DNA of 64,000 nucleotides from the IMG/VR virus record IMGVR_UViG_3300021387_000147; one strand, given 5' to 3'. The position numbers were made by a program, and so were the translations under genes. This DNA is from a virus (taxonomy: Duplodnaviria; Caudoviricetes). The stretch's first letter is position 1, and each line of letters starts with the position of its first letter. Positions 49,150-59,188 of the stretch are shown here, piece after piece. The notes beneath the pieces are model-generated. The model was not told the origin of the DNA and ran no database searches. It saw only the letters and a list, made by a program, of their open reading frames with translations.

Positions 49150-49656
49150 TTATTTATATAGCTCTTTTATTTGGTCTTTAGTCAAAATTCTTTGATTACT
49201 TGAACCTCTAAATTTAAGAGTTAAATCTTTCTTTGCTTCTATAAATGGACCATCTACTAAGACATCTACATTTTCTATAATTGCATTTGTAACTCCTTGA
49301 ATATATTTTCTTTGACCATATTTTAAATCTTTATCTAGAATATATCCAGTATACATCCAAAGAGTTTTATCAGGACAATTTAGTTTGAATTTCTTAATAA
49401 AAGAAAGTAAAGCTAATTGATTTTCTTGTTCAAATGGGTCTCCACCTAAAATAGTCAATCCTGAAATATAAGACTTTTTACATTGTTCTATTATTTCAAA
49501 TTCTTCTATTGGAGTAAAAGGTTTACCATATTCAAAATCCCATGTTTGTTCTGAAAAGCAACCTTTACAATGATTTCTACATCCACTAACAAATAAACTA
49601 ACTCTGACACCATCACCATCAGCTGTGTCAATCATCTTTATATTACCAAAGTTCAT
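49150..49656 (-). CDS. nrdG: Anaerobic ribonucleotide reductase activase
   Basis: DGDGVRVSLFVSGCRNHCKGCF, LGGDP, DVLVDGPF, FRGSSNQR. Confidence 0.95.
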   Translation of the reverse strand: MNFGNIKMIDTADGDGVRVSLFVSGCRNHCKGCFSEQTWDFEYGKPFTPIEEFEIIEQCKKSYISGLTILGGDPFEQENQLALLSFIKKFKLNCPDKTLWMYTGYILDKDLKYGQRKYIQGVTNAIIENVDVLVDGPFIEAKKDLTLKFRGSSNQRILTKDQIKELYK

Positions 49657-49657
49657 A

Positions 49658-49903
49658 TTATTCTACAATATATCCGTTATTTTCAAGTATTTCAATTGAT
49701 TCACGTAAATCTCTGAATTGGTCTTGTATTGCTTGAATACAATCATATTCAGACATTCCATCTACATAATAGTCTCTTATCCAAGAGTCTATATCGTGTC
49801 TAACACTATCAGACTGCTGTCTATAATCAAATCCAAGTTTCTTTAAAATATATTGCTTGTATTTGTCATATTTGTTAGACATAAACTTTTCATCTATTTC
49901 CAT
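49658..49903 (-). CDS. Small late protein with a C-terminal copy of the xLxE..GY module
   Basis: TATAAATA 49919-49926; DLRESIEILENNGYIVE. Confidence 0.6.
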   Translation of the reverse strand: MEIDEKFMSNKYDKYKQYILKKLGFDYRQQSDSVRHDIDSWIRDYYVDGMSEYDCIQAIQDQFRDLRESIEILENNGYIVE

Positions 49904-49983
49904 AAATACCTCTAAACTTATTTATATAAAGGAAAAGACACCGTCTCCAGTGTCTTTAATATAATTAAATTTTGATATTTGTA

Positions 49984-50457
49984 TTAGACTTTTTTGATAG
50001 AAATCCCAAAATTTCTACATGCCCAGTTATTCAAATCATCAGAACCCCAATGTTCTGGACTAGATGCAAACCATTCAATTGCCTTATCAGCAACACCAGC
50101 TTTAAATCTTGAATAACCTGCAATTCTTACACCACCTCTAAAGAAGTCATCACATTCTTCTCTAGAGAACTTTCTATTATTTCCTTTTGTGGTATATAGA
50201 ACATCATGAAGAATAGCAGCACAATTATATTTCATGTTCTTTTTATCCCATTTTGGTAAGAACCATGTAAACATAGATGGTACACTTGCTCCATCTGTTC
50301 TAAAACCTTTATCAATTCTTAATGTTAGTTTATAAGCGTCATTTCCTTTCATATATGAAGCAATGATATATCCTGTGTCATTAGTCATTGTCCATAATTT
50401 ATTCTTTTCAGAAAATGCTAAATTTTTATATTCAATGTTAACTAAAGTAATAGCCAT
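49984..50457 (-). CDS. DUF1353 protein
   Basis: GFRTDGASVP, AAILHD.LY, R.ECD..F. Confidence 0.85.
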   Translation of the reverse strand: MAITLVNIEYKNLAFSEKNKLWTMTNDTGYIIASYMKGNDAYKLTLRIDKGFRTDGASVPSMFTWFLPKWDKKNMKYNCAAILHDVLYTTKGNNRKFSREECDDFFRGGVRIAGYSRFKAGVADKAIEWFASSPEHWGSDDLNNWACRNFGISIKKV

Positions 50458-50563
50458 AAGATTACCTCATTATAGTTAAATGAGATATACTTTTTTCACT
50501 GTTGTCACAAATTATCTTATCTTTATATTTATTAAAAAAGGCGGTATTTAAACCGCCTTATTT

Positions 50564-50983
50564 TTAAAAGTAATTATCAATATCTAGAAGGATATTATGC
50601 ACTGTTGTTCCTAATGTATCTGCTTGTGTTTCAGTTTCTCCATCAATGAATTTTGCATAAGGACGATAATATTGAATATAATGATCATCTTCTGGATCAT
50701 ATAATGCAAATTTATCATTACCTTCGTATTTTAAAATTAATGTATTTATATGATTTTCATATTTTGGATTTTTCTGATGAACTGTAATTACAATTTCTTT
50801 TCCTTGTAATTCAGCTTCACACCATGTATGTTGAGGTCCAACTGCCTTTTTAAATGAAGCTGATTTATTAAATGCCTTCAACATACGTTGCATATAACGT
50901 GTTGTATTAAATTTGTCAGTATCTTCTTTTAATAAAGAATAACCTGCATCTCTCATTACTTTCTTAGCTTCTAGTAAATTCAT
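50564..50983 (-). CDS. Late protein with MNLLEAKKVMRDAGY leader; start corrected to 50983
   Basis: Leader identical to that of 61566-61958. Confidence 0.6.
   Translation of the reverse strand: MNLLEAKKVMRDAGYSLLKEDTDKFNTTRYMQRMLKAFNKSASFKKAVGPQHTWCEAELQGKEIVITVHQKNPKYENHINTLILKYEGNDKFALYDPEDDHYIQYYRPYAKFIDGETETQADTLGTTVHNILLDIDNYF
50943..50983 (-). repeat. 41-bp duplicated leader-coding sequence (copy at 61918-61958)
   Basis: cctgcatctctcattactttctt(a/t)gcttcta(g/a)taaattcat, 2 mismatches. Confidence 0.8.
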
Positions 50984-50984
50984 A

Positions 50985-51752
50985 TTAAAAACCTGCCTTT
51001 TCTGCACAATTTTGAAATAAATCAATATCTTCCATTTCTTCTGCAAATACACCTGGTGGAACTTCACCAACATAGTCATCTATATCTGAACGTTGTGCAA
51101 ATACATCTAACAATTCTTCTTTAGTGAAGTCTTCTAACCAACCTGGATTATCCTTTATGAAGATATTTACTGCTTTTGTTAGATATTCAACATTATTACC
51201 ATTAACTTCTTCATTTAGCTGAGGATTTTCAACTACATATCCAGCTTGTTCCAAAATCTGTTTTGCTTTATTAACGTTCATAGCTTCTCCTATTGTGTTC
51301 TTATTGATAACATCAACTACTTCTTTAATTGATTTACAACGAATAGCATCATGTTCTGTAGCTGAACGAATAATCTTAACTACATAATCTAATCCGTGTG
51401 ACCAAATAAAAAATCTAACTGGTGACTTTGATAAATCTGCAACAGTAATACCATCAGCATCTGCATCTACGTTTAAATCAACCTTTCTTGCAATTGCATC
51501 AGCAATACGTTGATTCATCATAACTTCACCTTGTCTAACAGTCTTTAAATCTGTTTCTGAGAATGGAGGACGATAATTTGGTTCAGTCACTCTTCTCATT
51601 GCTACTTCACTTGGAGCATTAGATGTTCTTAAACGTTTTTCTCTTGGACCAATTTCTGTGACTTTCTTTGCCCATGCTGGTTTTCTACCAGTGTTTATTA
51701 AATGCATATCACGTGCACTTGGTCTCCAATTATCATCATAAGTATTTGCCAT
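50985..51752 (-). CDS. Hypothetical protein with internal leader module (possible internal start 51281)
   Basis: AGGAG-N4-ATG AAC GTT..MNVNKAKQILEQAGY. Confidence 0.6.
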   Translation of the reverse strand: MANTYDDNWRPSARDMHLINTGRKPAWAKKVTEIGPREKRLRTSNAPSEVAMRRVTEPNYRPPFSETDLKTVRQGEVMMNQRIADAIARKVDLNVDADADGITVADLSKSPVRFFIWSHGLDYVVKIIRSATEHDAIRCKSIKEVVDVINKNTIGEAMNVNKAKQILEQAGYVVENPQLNEEVNGNNVEYLTKAVNIFIKDNPGWLEDFTKEELLDVFAQRSDIDDYVGEVPPGVFAEEMEDIDLFQNCAEKAGF

Positions 51753-51763
51753 ATTCTTACCTC

Positions 51764-52561
51764 TTAGTCACCACTCCAGTTTCCATTTGGATGGTCTTTA
51801 TAATATCTTCTTTGGTCTTCAGCAACAGAATCAAAGTAATCACTACCACGTTTCATTTCTTTTCTAACATATTCTTCATTATCATTCAACCACTGTTCTA
51901 TTTTATTTAAATTATCAGCAGTTAAATCATACTGACCTCTTGTCCAGGTATTACGAGTTGCTGTTAAACCATCAATATCTGATAAATTTATGAAAGCACA
52001 CAAACCAGACCATTTATAGAATGTACCATTTATCCAGTCAACATTTAATGTAATTGCTCTTTCAAATCTAGGGAATACAATTTCGTGGTCGCTAACTTTG
52101 CCATTTCTTTCTTCTAATTTAGCATTGGTTTCATTTTTAACAAGGTCTTTGTTGTATTTTTCAACTTCATCGCTTTTACTACGATAAATGTCTCGTACAC
52201 TTTCACCAGTATCAGCATCTATATTTGCTTTTTTCAAAAAGTAATTAATCATACCTTTGCAATTATTTAATTCATGTGTTATATTCCAAAAATCAGACAT
52301 ATAATTAGCAAGTTCAGAAACATCCATATCTACATATTTTTGCCACTTTGGATAATAAGATTTGAAAGTAGCAATAGCATTTCTTAAATGTTTCCAGTTA
52401 GTATCTTTTGTACCTTTTGGAAAATCATTAGCAGTAAAATTTTTACCATTTATAGTAAGAACTGCACTATTATGAGGTCCTTTATAATTTAAATCTATAT
52501 CAATTTTTTCACATATATAGCCATGTTCTTTTAATTCCAATATTGCTTCATTTAAATTCAT
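51764..52561 (-). CDS. Late protein with MNLNEAILELKEHGY leader
   Basis: TATAAATA 52577-52584, SD GGAG. Confidence 0.65.
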   Translation of the reverse strand: MNLNEAILELKEHGYICEKIDIDLNYKGPHNSAVLTINGKNFTANDFPKGTKDTNWKHLRNAIATFKSYYPKWQKYVDMDVSELANYMSDFWNITHELNNCKGMINYFLKKANIDADTGESVRDIYRSKSDEVEKYNKDLVKNETNAKLEERNGKVSDHEIVFPRFERAITLNVDWINGTFYKWSGLCAFINLSDIDGLTATRNTWTRGQYDLTADNLNKIEQWLNDNEEYVRKEMKRGSDYFDSVAEDQRRYYKDHPNGNWSGD

Positions 52562-52637
52562 AAAAACTCCTTACATTATTTATACAAAAAGAAAAGGTGT
52601 CATAAAGACACCTTATAAAATTATATCATACTAATCA

Positions 52638-55600
52638 TTATTTATCATTTGGTCTCTTATATCCAAATATCTTCATAGTATCATCTTTCTTAACTGTTCT
52701 ATCACCCTTCTTTTGTTCCTTATAGTCACATCTATGTTTTGCTATAGATTTAGACCAAAGTTTAGTGATATATGCACCTGTTCCTAATGCATGACCATTC
52801 TTTGCTTTTACATTTCCATCTTTATCTGATAGCCAATCTATTACCATCTGGACGGTTCCAGCAGAAGTAGTCTTAGCTTCATCATTCAATGTAAATTCAA
52901 TATTGAAGTCATTTACATAGTTTGCATTGTTTGTATATACCCACAAATGTAAGTTATAAGTGACATCATATAAAGGAATATTCAATCCATTCTTCTTATA
53001 ATCTTCCTTGAATTCATCAGTACAATGTTCTGCTACATAAGTTTCTACTGGAATTCCCTTAGTTGAAGCACCTACAATATTTCCTTTATCATCTACAGGA
53101 ATCATTCCATTCTTAACAATATCATCAAGAGTTGCTAATGAACCTGTTGGAGATACTGATGGCAATACAATATCAACCTTAAAGCCTACACCAATTACTT
53201 CTGGAAGACTATCATTCTTTGGATCTACAAATTTAACATCATAAGGTTTCTTATCATTATATTTGTGACCTTCTGAATAATACTCATCTACCTTATCTTT
53301 GTCTACTTTTGTGACAGGATGGACTAGAGTAATATCAATATCTTTTGCTTCTTTCATTATAACAGTTATTGTATCTTCAGCAACGTTTCCAGCCTTATCT
53401 ACATAACGTCTAATGATATGATTTACTCCCTTTTCCAATCTCTGTAGTGTCAAAGTGTCTTGAACTTCTCCATTTACAGTCCACTTAACTGGAATAGCAT
53501 TTGTATTAAATGATTCCATTGGAGTTGGATTTAAGATTTCAACCTTAGGTGGAATGTTATCAAAGATTATTTCTACCTTTGCGCTTGCTTTATTGCCATA
53601 ATCATCTGTATATTCATAAGCAATTGTATAAGCAATATTTCCTTCTTTATTCTTAACAATCTTCTTATTATCATCTACAGAATATGTGACCTTTGTGCAA
53701 GAGTCAATCATATAAGATACTTCATAATCACCAATCTTCTGACCAGTTAGATTATCAGTCTTATAAGATACTACTACATCTTTTCCATTTACTTTCTTTG
53801 TATATGTGACTGTCTGAACAGTGTCAACTGGTTTTCCAGTCTTTGTATCAATTACTTGTTTTAATTCAACTTCAACACCATCTACTTTAATTATTTCAAC
53901 TAATTCAGCCAAGTTATTTCCAATTGGAACTACTTTTGCCTTAGTTTCATCAATTATGTAGTTGTATTCAGTTAACTTAATATCCTTTGTAGAAACTGTA
54001 TCTAGAGTGACATCTATATTGAAATGCTTTTCTGTCTTATGAATTGTATCTTTTACAGTGACAGTAATTTCATTATTTTTCTTATTAACATAGATTTTAT
54101 CATCTTTTTCTTCTTCAATAGTAATATAGTCAATCAATGCATCAGTTGACTTAGCATTAGTCAAAGTGACAACTGGAGGTGCATCATTGAATAGAATTAC
54201 TACAGAATCACATACAGTCTTCTTTTCATTACATACCTTAATTATAGTATCTTTCTTAACAACTACATCCAAAGTATCATAATCACATTTAATACCTTCA
54301 CATAATTTCCATTCAATATTATGGTTAGGATCATTTGTCTTAATTGTATCTTTCTTTGGTTCATTGTCAATTGCAGTAATCTTTACATCTTCTTTTTCAT
54401 CGATTATATTGATTACGATAGTTGCAGTATCAGTATTTCCATTACCATCAGTGACAATAACTTTTACAGTATCTTTTGTTTTCTTTTCATAATCAATAGG
54501 ATTCTTGATTACTAATGTATCATCCTTAAATTCATAATTAGGGTTATCAATTACAATATAAGTTATGCTATCCTTATCCTCATCTGTTGCTGGGATTTGA
54601 CATACATTACCTACATAGTTTTCTTTAATTGTACAAGTCTTATCATCAACATGGACTGGTTCATTTACATTAGTAATTGTAATTACATATTTTAATGTAT
54701 CTTTATTATCAGCTTTATCTTTAACAACTACTGTAATTGTGACAGTTGGAGTTGTTTCATGATCAAATGGTTTTGTTGTTGTCAACTTACCAGTACTATC
54801 AATCTTAAATCCAGGTTCTTTTACACTATAGGATAATGTATCATTTTTATCTGGATCAATTGCTGTAATAATACCTATAAAACAAGTATCACAATTTTCT
54901 GGAACTTTTAATGTATCATTTGGTTGTAATACTGGAGGTTCATTAACATCTTTAATGTTTATAATTACTTTAGCGCTATCTTTATCTCCATTCTTTGTAT
55001 TAACATAGACAGTAATTGTATCTGCTTCCTTAGTTTCAAAATCAAATGGATTTACCAAGGTAAGTTTACCAGTGCTATCGATGTTATAATTAATAGAATC
55101 AGAGAGAGTAAATTTAATAGTGTCTCTAGGTCCATCTTCATCCCATGCTGTTATTGTTCCTAATACTCCTGTTGTATCTTCATTGATTGAGAATATTGTA
55201 TCTCTAACATGAACTGGTTCGTTTTCGTCGTTAATCTTTACAGACACATTCATAGTATCTTTTAATGTTCCATCAGAAACAACTACCTTGAATGTAAATT
55301 CTGTTTCCTTTTCATAGTCAAATGTTCTTGTAGATGTAATAACTCCATTGTTATCAATTTTAAATGGAACATTACCAACAATTGTATATGTTAACTTATC
55401 ACCATCTTGGTCAGTTGCTTTTACACTGTCCTTAAATGGCTTATTTTCATCAACATAGAATGTAGTATCATTCTTATCAAACTTAGGACTATCATTTGAA
55501 TTTGTAATGTTAACTGTGACGATAGCACTATCCTTCAAAGTTGGGTCATTCTTATCTTGAACTAATACTTTTAATGTATAAGTCTTCTGGTCTGCTTCAT

Positions 55601-57425
55601 AATCAAATGTTTTCTTAGCCCATAGTTCACCATCTGCATCTAATCTGAAGATGCTGGTGTCGCCTTCTAGAAGACTGAAGACGTTCTGAGTGAATTCAGA
55701 CTTAATATCAACATCAATAGCTATCAAAGTATCAATGCTCTTTGTTATAACATTATTTTCTTTTAGATCAATAGATACATCATTTATTGTAGGAGCTTCA
55801 TTAACGTCAATTACAGAAATTGGTAGATTTCTAGTAATAGAAACATTACCAGTATCTTTCAATGTGACCTTAATTACATCAGTGATTGCTTTTTCATAAT
55901 TCAAAGTATCACCAAACAAAGTCAATACACCAGTCAAACTATCTAATGTATATCTGTCAGTATATGCTGAATCCAAATAGAATCTTGTTGTTTCTGTCTT
56001 ATGTAGAACTTTAATTGAATCTACAAATCCTCTCTTATTTTCTTCAAACTTATAAGTATGAGTTGTATCGAATTCTACATTATTTTTTACATCAGCATCA
56101 ATAATTTTAATTGGTAATTCACCACTTGTTTCACCACCAGGCAAGACAGCACCACTAATACTATCAATCTTCATTACAAGAATATCATTTGTTTCTGTCA
56201 AATCATCTACTTTAACATTTATTTTAATAGTATCTAATGGAGACTTCTGACCAATAGGAATCTTTGTTGTGACTGTTGAATCACCACAAATTGGTAAATA
56301 AGGAGGCATATTGAAGTCTTCTAATGTGACTCCATCTTTAAATTCAAAGCAATATGTGAAGTATACATCAATAGTTGCTGTGTCTGATAGTTTAATTGGA
56401 ATAATAACAGTAGAGTCATTTTCCTTTAGACCACCTTGTTTATTCAATTCAGGGAAATCAAGTGTATCTGGGTCAAACTTAACGAAACGGAAATTTTCGC
56501 CTTTGAAATCGTCACCAATTTCAAGTTTGTTAGCAAGCATCTGTCCAGCAAAATCAAGATTACATTTCAAATACATTTTAGCTGTAGTAATGAATGAACC
56601 CTGAATAGGAACATTGTCAGTATTGTCAAATATAATGTCTTTGTTAGAATAAATTAAAACATTACCACGGTATTTACTTTGTGGCAAAACAGAATCACCA
56701 AGTATTACACTAATAGTAGTATGGTTACCGATAAACAAAGAATCAACGAAAATTCTTGTTAGTCGGTTCTGGGTCATGTGAATATAAATCTTACAACCAG
56801 TCTTACCATCTACGCAAGTCCAAATGTTCTTGAAATACAAGTCATATTGACCTTCTCCTTCGGGAACTTCAATAGTATCAGCTTGGTAATTATCGGTTAA
56901 AATAATGTCTTGTTGATAACCATCGGAAGGCCAAGTAATAGTAGGCATAGATAAATTAACTGGTGCTGGTGGAACACTATCACAAGACAATTTACCTTCA
57001 CCACGGGAAATACCTGTAGTTGTTGGAGCAACTGGAGTTTCTGTCAAACATATATTACCAGCAAAAATAGCCTGTTCGTTATCATTACCAGTAGTTAATG
57101 ACTTAGCACGAATAGGGCCAGTTGTGAATTGACATTGGTCACCAAGTGTAATAGTGCTATCTGTCAATACAGGACCACCTAAACTAATTCCTTCAGCAGA
57201 AGAAATTGGTCCTGACGAACCATTCCAACCTGACTTATCAGGAATGATTACACGGCGACCCATTTTAATATAGTCTGTACCATATAGCTTATACTGAAGC
57301 ATATAGTCATATTGGTCCTGTTGTAATGCAGAATCATTTGGTATATTTGAGAAATTGAATGGTCTATAATCTGCTGTGAAAGCAAATGCAACCAATAATA
57401 ATATAATTCCAATTATCTTTTTCAT
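52638..57425 (-). CDS. Secreted cadherin-repeat adhesin-like protein, Fibrobacter-type
   Basis: Signal peptide MKKIIGIILLLVAFAFTA; about 6 cadherin repeats (FDYE, DVNEAP/NEPV, A.D.D); Calx-beta-like segment; C-term GAYI...FGYKRP. Confidence 0.8.
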   Translation of the reverse strand: MKKIIGIILLLVAFAFTADYRPFNFSNIPNDSALQQDQYDYMLQYKLYGTDYIKMGRRVIIPDKSGWNGSSGPISSAEGISLGGPVLTDSTITLGDQCQFTTGPIRAKSLTTGNDNEQAIFAGNICLTETPVAPTTTGISRGEGKLSCDSVPPAPVNLSMPTITWPSDGYQQDIILTDNYQADTIEVPEGEGQYDLYFKNIWTCVDGKTGCKIYIHMTQNRLTRIFVDSLFIGNHTTISVILGDSVLPQSKYRGNVLIYSNKDIIFDNTDNVPIQGSFITTAKMYLKCNLDFAGQMLANKLEIGDDFKGENFRFVKFDPDTLDFPELNKQGGLKENDSTVIIPIKLSDTATIDVYFTYCFEFKDGVTLEDFNMPPYLPICGDSTVTTKIPIGQKSPLDTIKINVKVDDLTETNDILVMKIDSISGAVLPGGETSGELPIKIIDADVKNNVEFDTTHTYKFEENKRGFVDSIKVLHKTETTRFYLDSAYTDRYTLDSLTGVLTLFGDTLNYEKAITDVIKVTLKDTGNVSITRNLPISVIDVNEAPTINDVSIDLKENNVITKSIDTLIAIDVDIKSEFTQNVFSLLEGDTSIFRLDADGELWAKKTFDYEADQKTYTLKVLVQDKNDPTLKDSAIVTVNITNSNDSPKFDKNDTTFYVDENKPFKDSVKATDQDGDKLTYTIVGNVPFKIDNNGVITSTRTFDYEKETEFTFKVVVSDGTLKDTMNVSVKINDENEPVHVRDTIFSINEDTTGVLGTITAWDEDGPRDTIKFTLSDSINYNIDSTGKLTLVNPFDFETKEADTITVYVNTKNGDKDSAKVIINIKDVNEPPVLQPNDTLKVPENCDTCFIGIITAIDPDKNDTLSYSVKEPGFKIDSTGKLTTTKPFDHETTPTVTITVVVKDKADNKDTLKYVITITNVNEPVHVDDKTCTIKENYVGNVCQIPATDEDKDSITYIVIDNPNYEFKDDTLVIKNPIDYEKKTKDTVKVIVTDGNGNTDTATIVINIIDEKEDVKITAIDNEPKKDTIKTNDPNHNIEWKLCEGIKCDYDTLDVVVKKDTIIKVCNEKKTVCDSVVILFNDAPPVVTLTNAKSTDALIDYITIEEEKDDKIYVNKKNNEITVTVKDTIHKTEKHFNIDVTLDTVSTKDIKLTEYNYIIDETKAKVVPIGNNLAELVEIIKVDGVEVELKQVIDTKTGKPVDTVQTVTYTKKVNGKDVVVSYKTDNLTGQKIGDYEVSYMIDSCTKVTYSVDDNKKIVKNKEGNIAYTIAYEYTDDYGNKASAKVEIIFDNIPPKVEILNPTPMESFNTNAIPVKWTVNGEVQDTLTLQRLEKGVNHIIRRYVDKAGNVAEDTITVIMKEAKDIDITLVHPVTKVDKDKVDEYYSEGHKYNDKKPYDVKFVDPKNDSLPEVIGVGFKVDIVLPSVSPTGSLATLDDIVKNGMIPVDDKGNIVGASTKGIPVETYVAEHCTDEFKEDYKKNGLNIPLYDVTYNLHLWVYTNNANYVNDFNIEFTLNDEAKTTSAGTVQMVIDWLSDKDGNVKAKNGHALGTGAYITKLWSKSIAKHRCDYKEQKKGDRTVKKDDTMKIFGYKRPNDK

Positions 57426-57440
57426 TTTTAATTACCTTCC

Positions 57441-57641
57441 TTATACAATTCCTTTCTTCTTGCAGAAGTTTATCAATGCTCTAACAATAAAAATGCCGAT
57501 AAAGTCTACTATTATGAAGAATGTGTTGAACTCCACGAAGAATAACGGCAATCCTAGTAATGCACCTATAGCTGTAAGTATCGCACAAACCAACAATAAG
57601 TACATAAAAACATTTAGTGTTTTAAGTATTAATTCTTCCAT
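57441..57641 (-). CDS. Small 2-TM membrane protein
   Basis: Hydrophobic; downstream of a TTTACA-N17-TATATT promoter (57670-57698). Confidence 0.55.
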   Translation of the reverse strand: MEELILKTLNVFMYLLLVCAILTAIGALLGLPLFFVEFNTFFIIVDFIGIFIVRALINFCKKKGIV

Positions 57642-57745
57642 TTTATCTTCCTATATATTTATTCATCAAAATATACCTATTTATTACATGCTTGTAAATA
57701 CCTGCATTAAAAAAAGAGCCAAATTACTTTGACTCTTTATTATCA

Positions 57746-58252
57746 TTATCCACATGAATCGGGAAGAGGTCCGCCACAGCCTGGAGAACCGCATCCAGTA
57801 TACCTATAATAAGTTCGCCCACATCCACCTCCAATTTCAATCCAACCTGGATTTAGTGAACTACCACATCCACCATATCCTCCACATGCAACAATATTTG
57901 GCATATACATGTATGGACTTGCCCACATATTACCACAGCCACCACAACCATGAGGCCATCCACTATTTCCACAACCGCCACATGCTACTATTGTATAAGA
58001 ATTTGTTGCAGAAATTCCACCGCCACTATGGCTACGTTTTCTCTTTTGTTCATAAGGCCATAGAGGTGGAACAGGAGGTTCCTTAGGTTTCTTTATTTTC
58101 TGATAAACATATCGTAATGCATCTGGAAGAGCCTTTCCTGTATTTGGACCAGATTGAGAATAACCTTGTCCACATCCTCCACCGCAAGCAGTTATACGTA
58201 AAGGTCTAAATCCTTTCGCATAAAAATGATTTTGCATTTCAATTAACTTCAT
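57746..58252 (-). CDS. Cys/Gly-rich (A/G/S)CG-repeat protein, candidate radical SAM substrate
   Basis: All 12 Cys occur as xCG; 4-bp overlap with the radical SAM stop. Confidence 0.65.
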   Translation of the reverse strand: MKLIEMQNHFYAKGFRPLRITACGGGCGQGYSQSGPNTGKALPDALRYVYQKIKKPKEPPVPPLWPYEQKRKRSHSGGGISATNSYTIVACGGCGNSGWPHGCGGCGNMWASPYMYMPNIVACGGYGGCGSSLNPGWIEIGGGCGRTYYRYTGCGSPGCGGPLPDSCG

Positions 58253-59178
58253 AATATACCGTCTTCACCATTTTTCTTTAATAGCCAATCAATATAGACA
58301 GGATCTTTTTCATATTCTGTCACATCGTCATCCAATGTAAAATTACCAAAGACCCATCTTTCAAAATCAGTATTTGTCACAAAATCCCAATCATCATAGA
58401 TTTGTCCATCAATTGTTATTAAAATATCATTCACAAATATCTTATTACCATAGATTACCTTAGAATGTTCCATTCCTCTATGATAACTAATCAACATCTT
58501 ATCATCCCAAAATCTGTCATCATTACAGACCATGCATCCACCAGACATTTCATATTCATATTCGTTAATCAACTTTTCAAATACGTCATCTCTGTTCTTC
58601 AAATTATTTTTGTTAATCTGTCTATAATCTGCTCTGATACAAATAGAAACATTCTCTAAACCTCTATAAGGTTCTATAAAAGTCTTAAATTCATTTATAT
58701 CAAATGTTTGTGATAAAACGACATTCAATTTAATATGTTTCTTAATTAGATGAGCAAACATATCAATTGGTAGAACATCTTCATAGAACTGCTGATGCAT
58801 GTGTCTAGATACATTCAAACCTCCAATCTTTTCATTTTTGTTAATGAATTCAATCATTGGCTTGACTTTATCTAATTGCACAGTACCAGGATGGTCAGTA
58901 AATGTTGGGAATGTAGTATTGATATAAACAGGCTTTTCCATAGCATCAATTAGTCTTTGACACTTTTCTAGGTCGGCTAATGGTTCTCCACCTGTCAATA
59001 CATATTCTTGAATTAAAGGATTTTCGTTAATCTTTTTAATTTGTGCAATAATTGCATCCATATCACATGTTCTCTGCTTATACATTTGTTTGGATGTGCA
59101 GAATTTACAGTGATTATTGCAATCCCATGGCACAAAGATAGTGCAACTTAAATTACTTCTTCCTTTAATATATCTCAT
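58249..59178 (-). CDS. Radical SAM enzyme; start corrected to 59178
   Basis: CNNHCKFC, LTGGEPL, INT, NVSRH; extra CMVC; SD AAGGA. Confidence 0.85.
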   Translation of the reverse strand: MRYIKGRSNLSCTIFVPWDCNNHCKFCTSKQMYKQRTCDMDAIIAQIKKINENPLIQEYVLTGGEPLADLEKCQRLIDAMEKPVYINTTFPTFTDHPGTVQLDKVKPMIEFINKNEKIGGLNVSRHMHQQFYEDVLPIDMFAHLIKKHIKLNVVLSQTFDINEFKTFIEPYRGLENVSICIRADYRQINKNNLKNRDDVFEKLINEYEYEMSGGCMVCNDDRFWDDKMLISYHRGMEHSKVIYGNKIFVNDILITIDGQIYDDWDFVTNTDFERWVFGNFTLDDDVTEYEKDPVYIDWLLKKNGEDGIL

Positions 59179-59188
59179 ATAATTCCTT

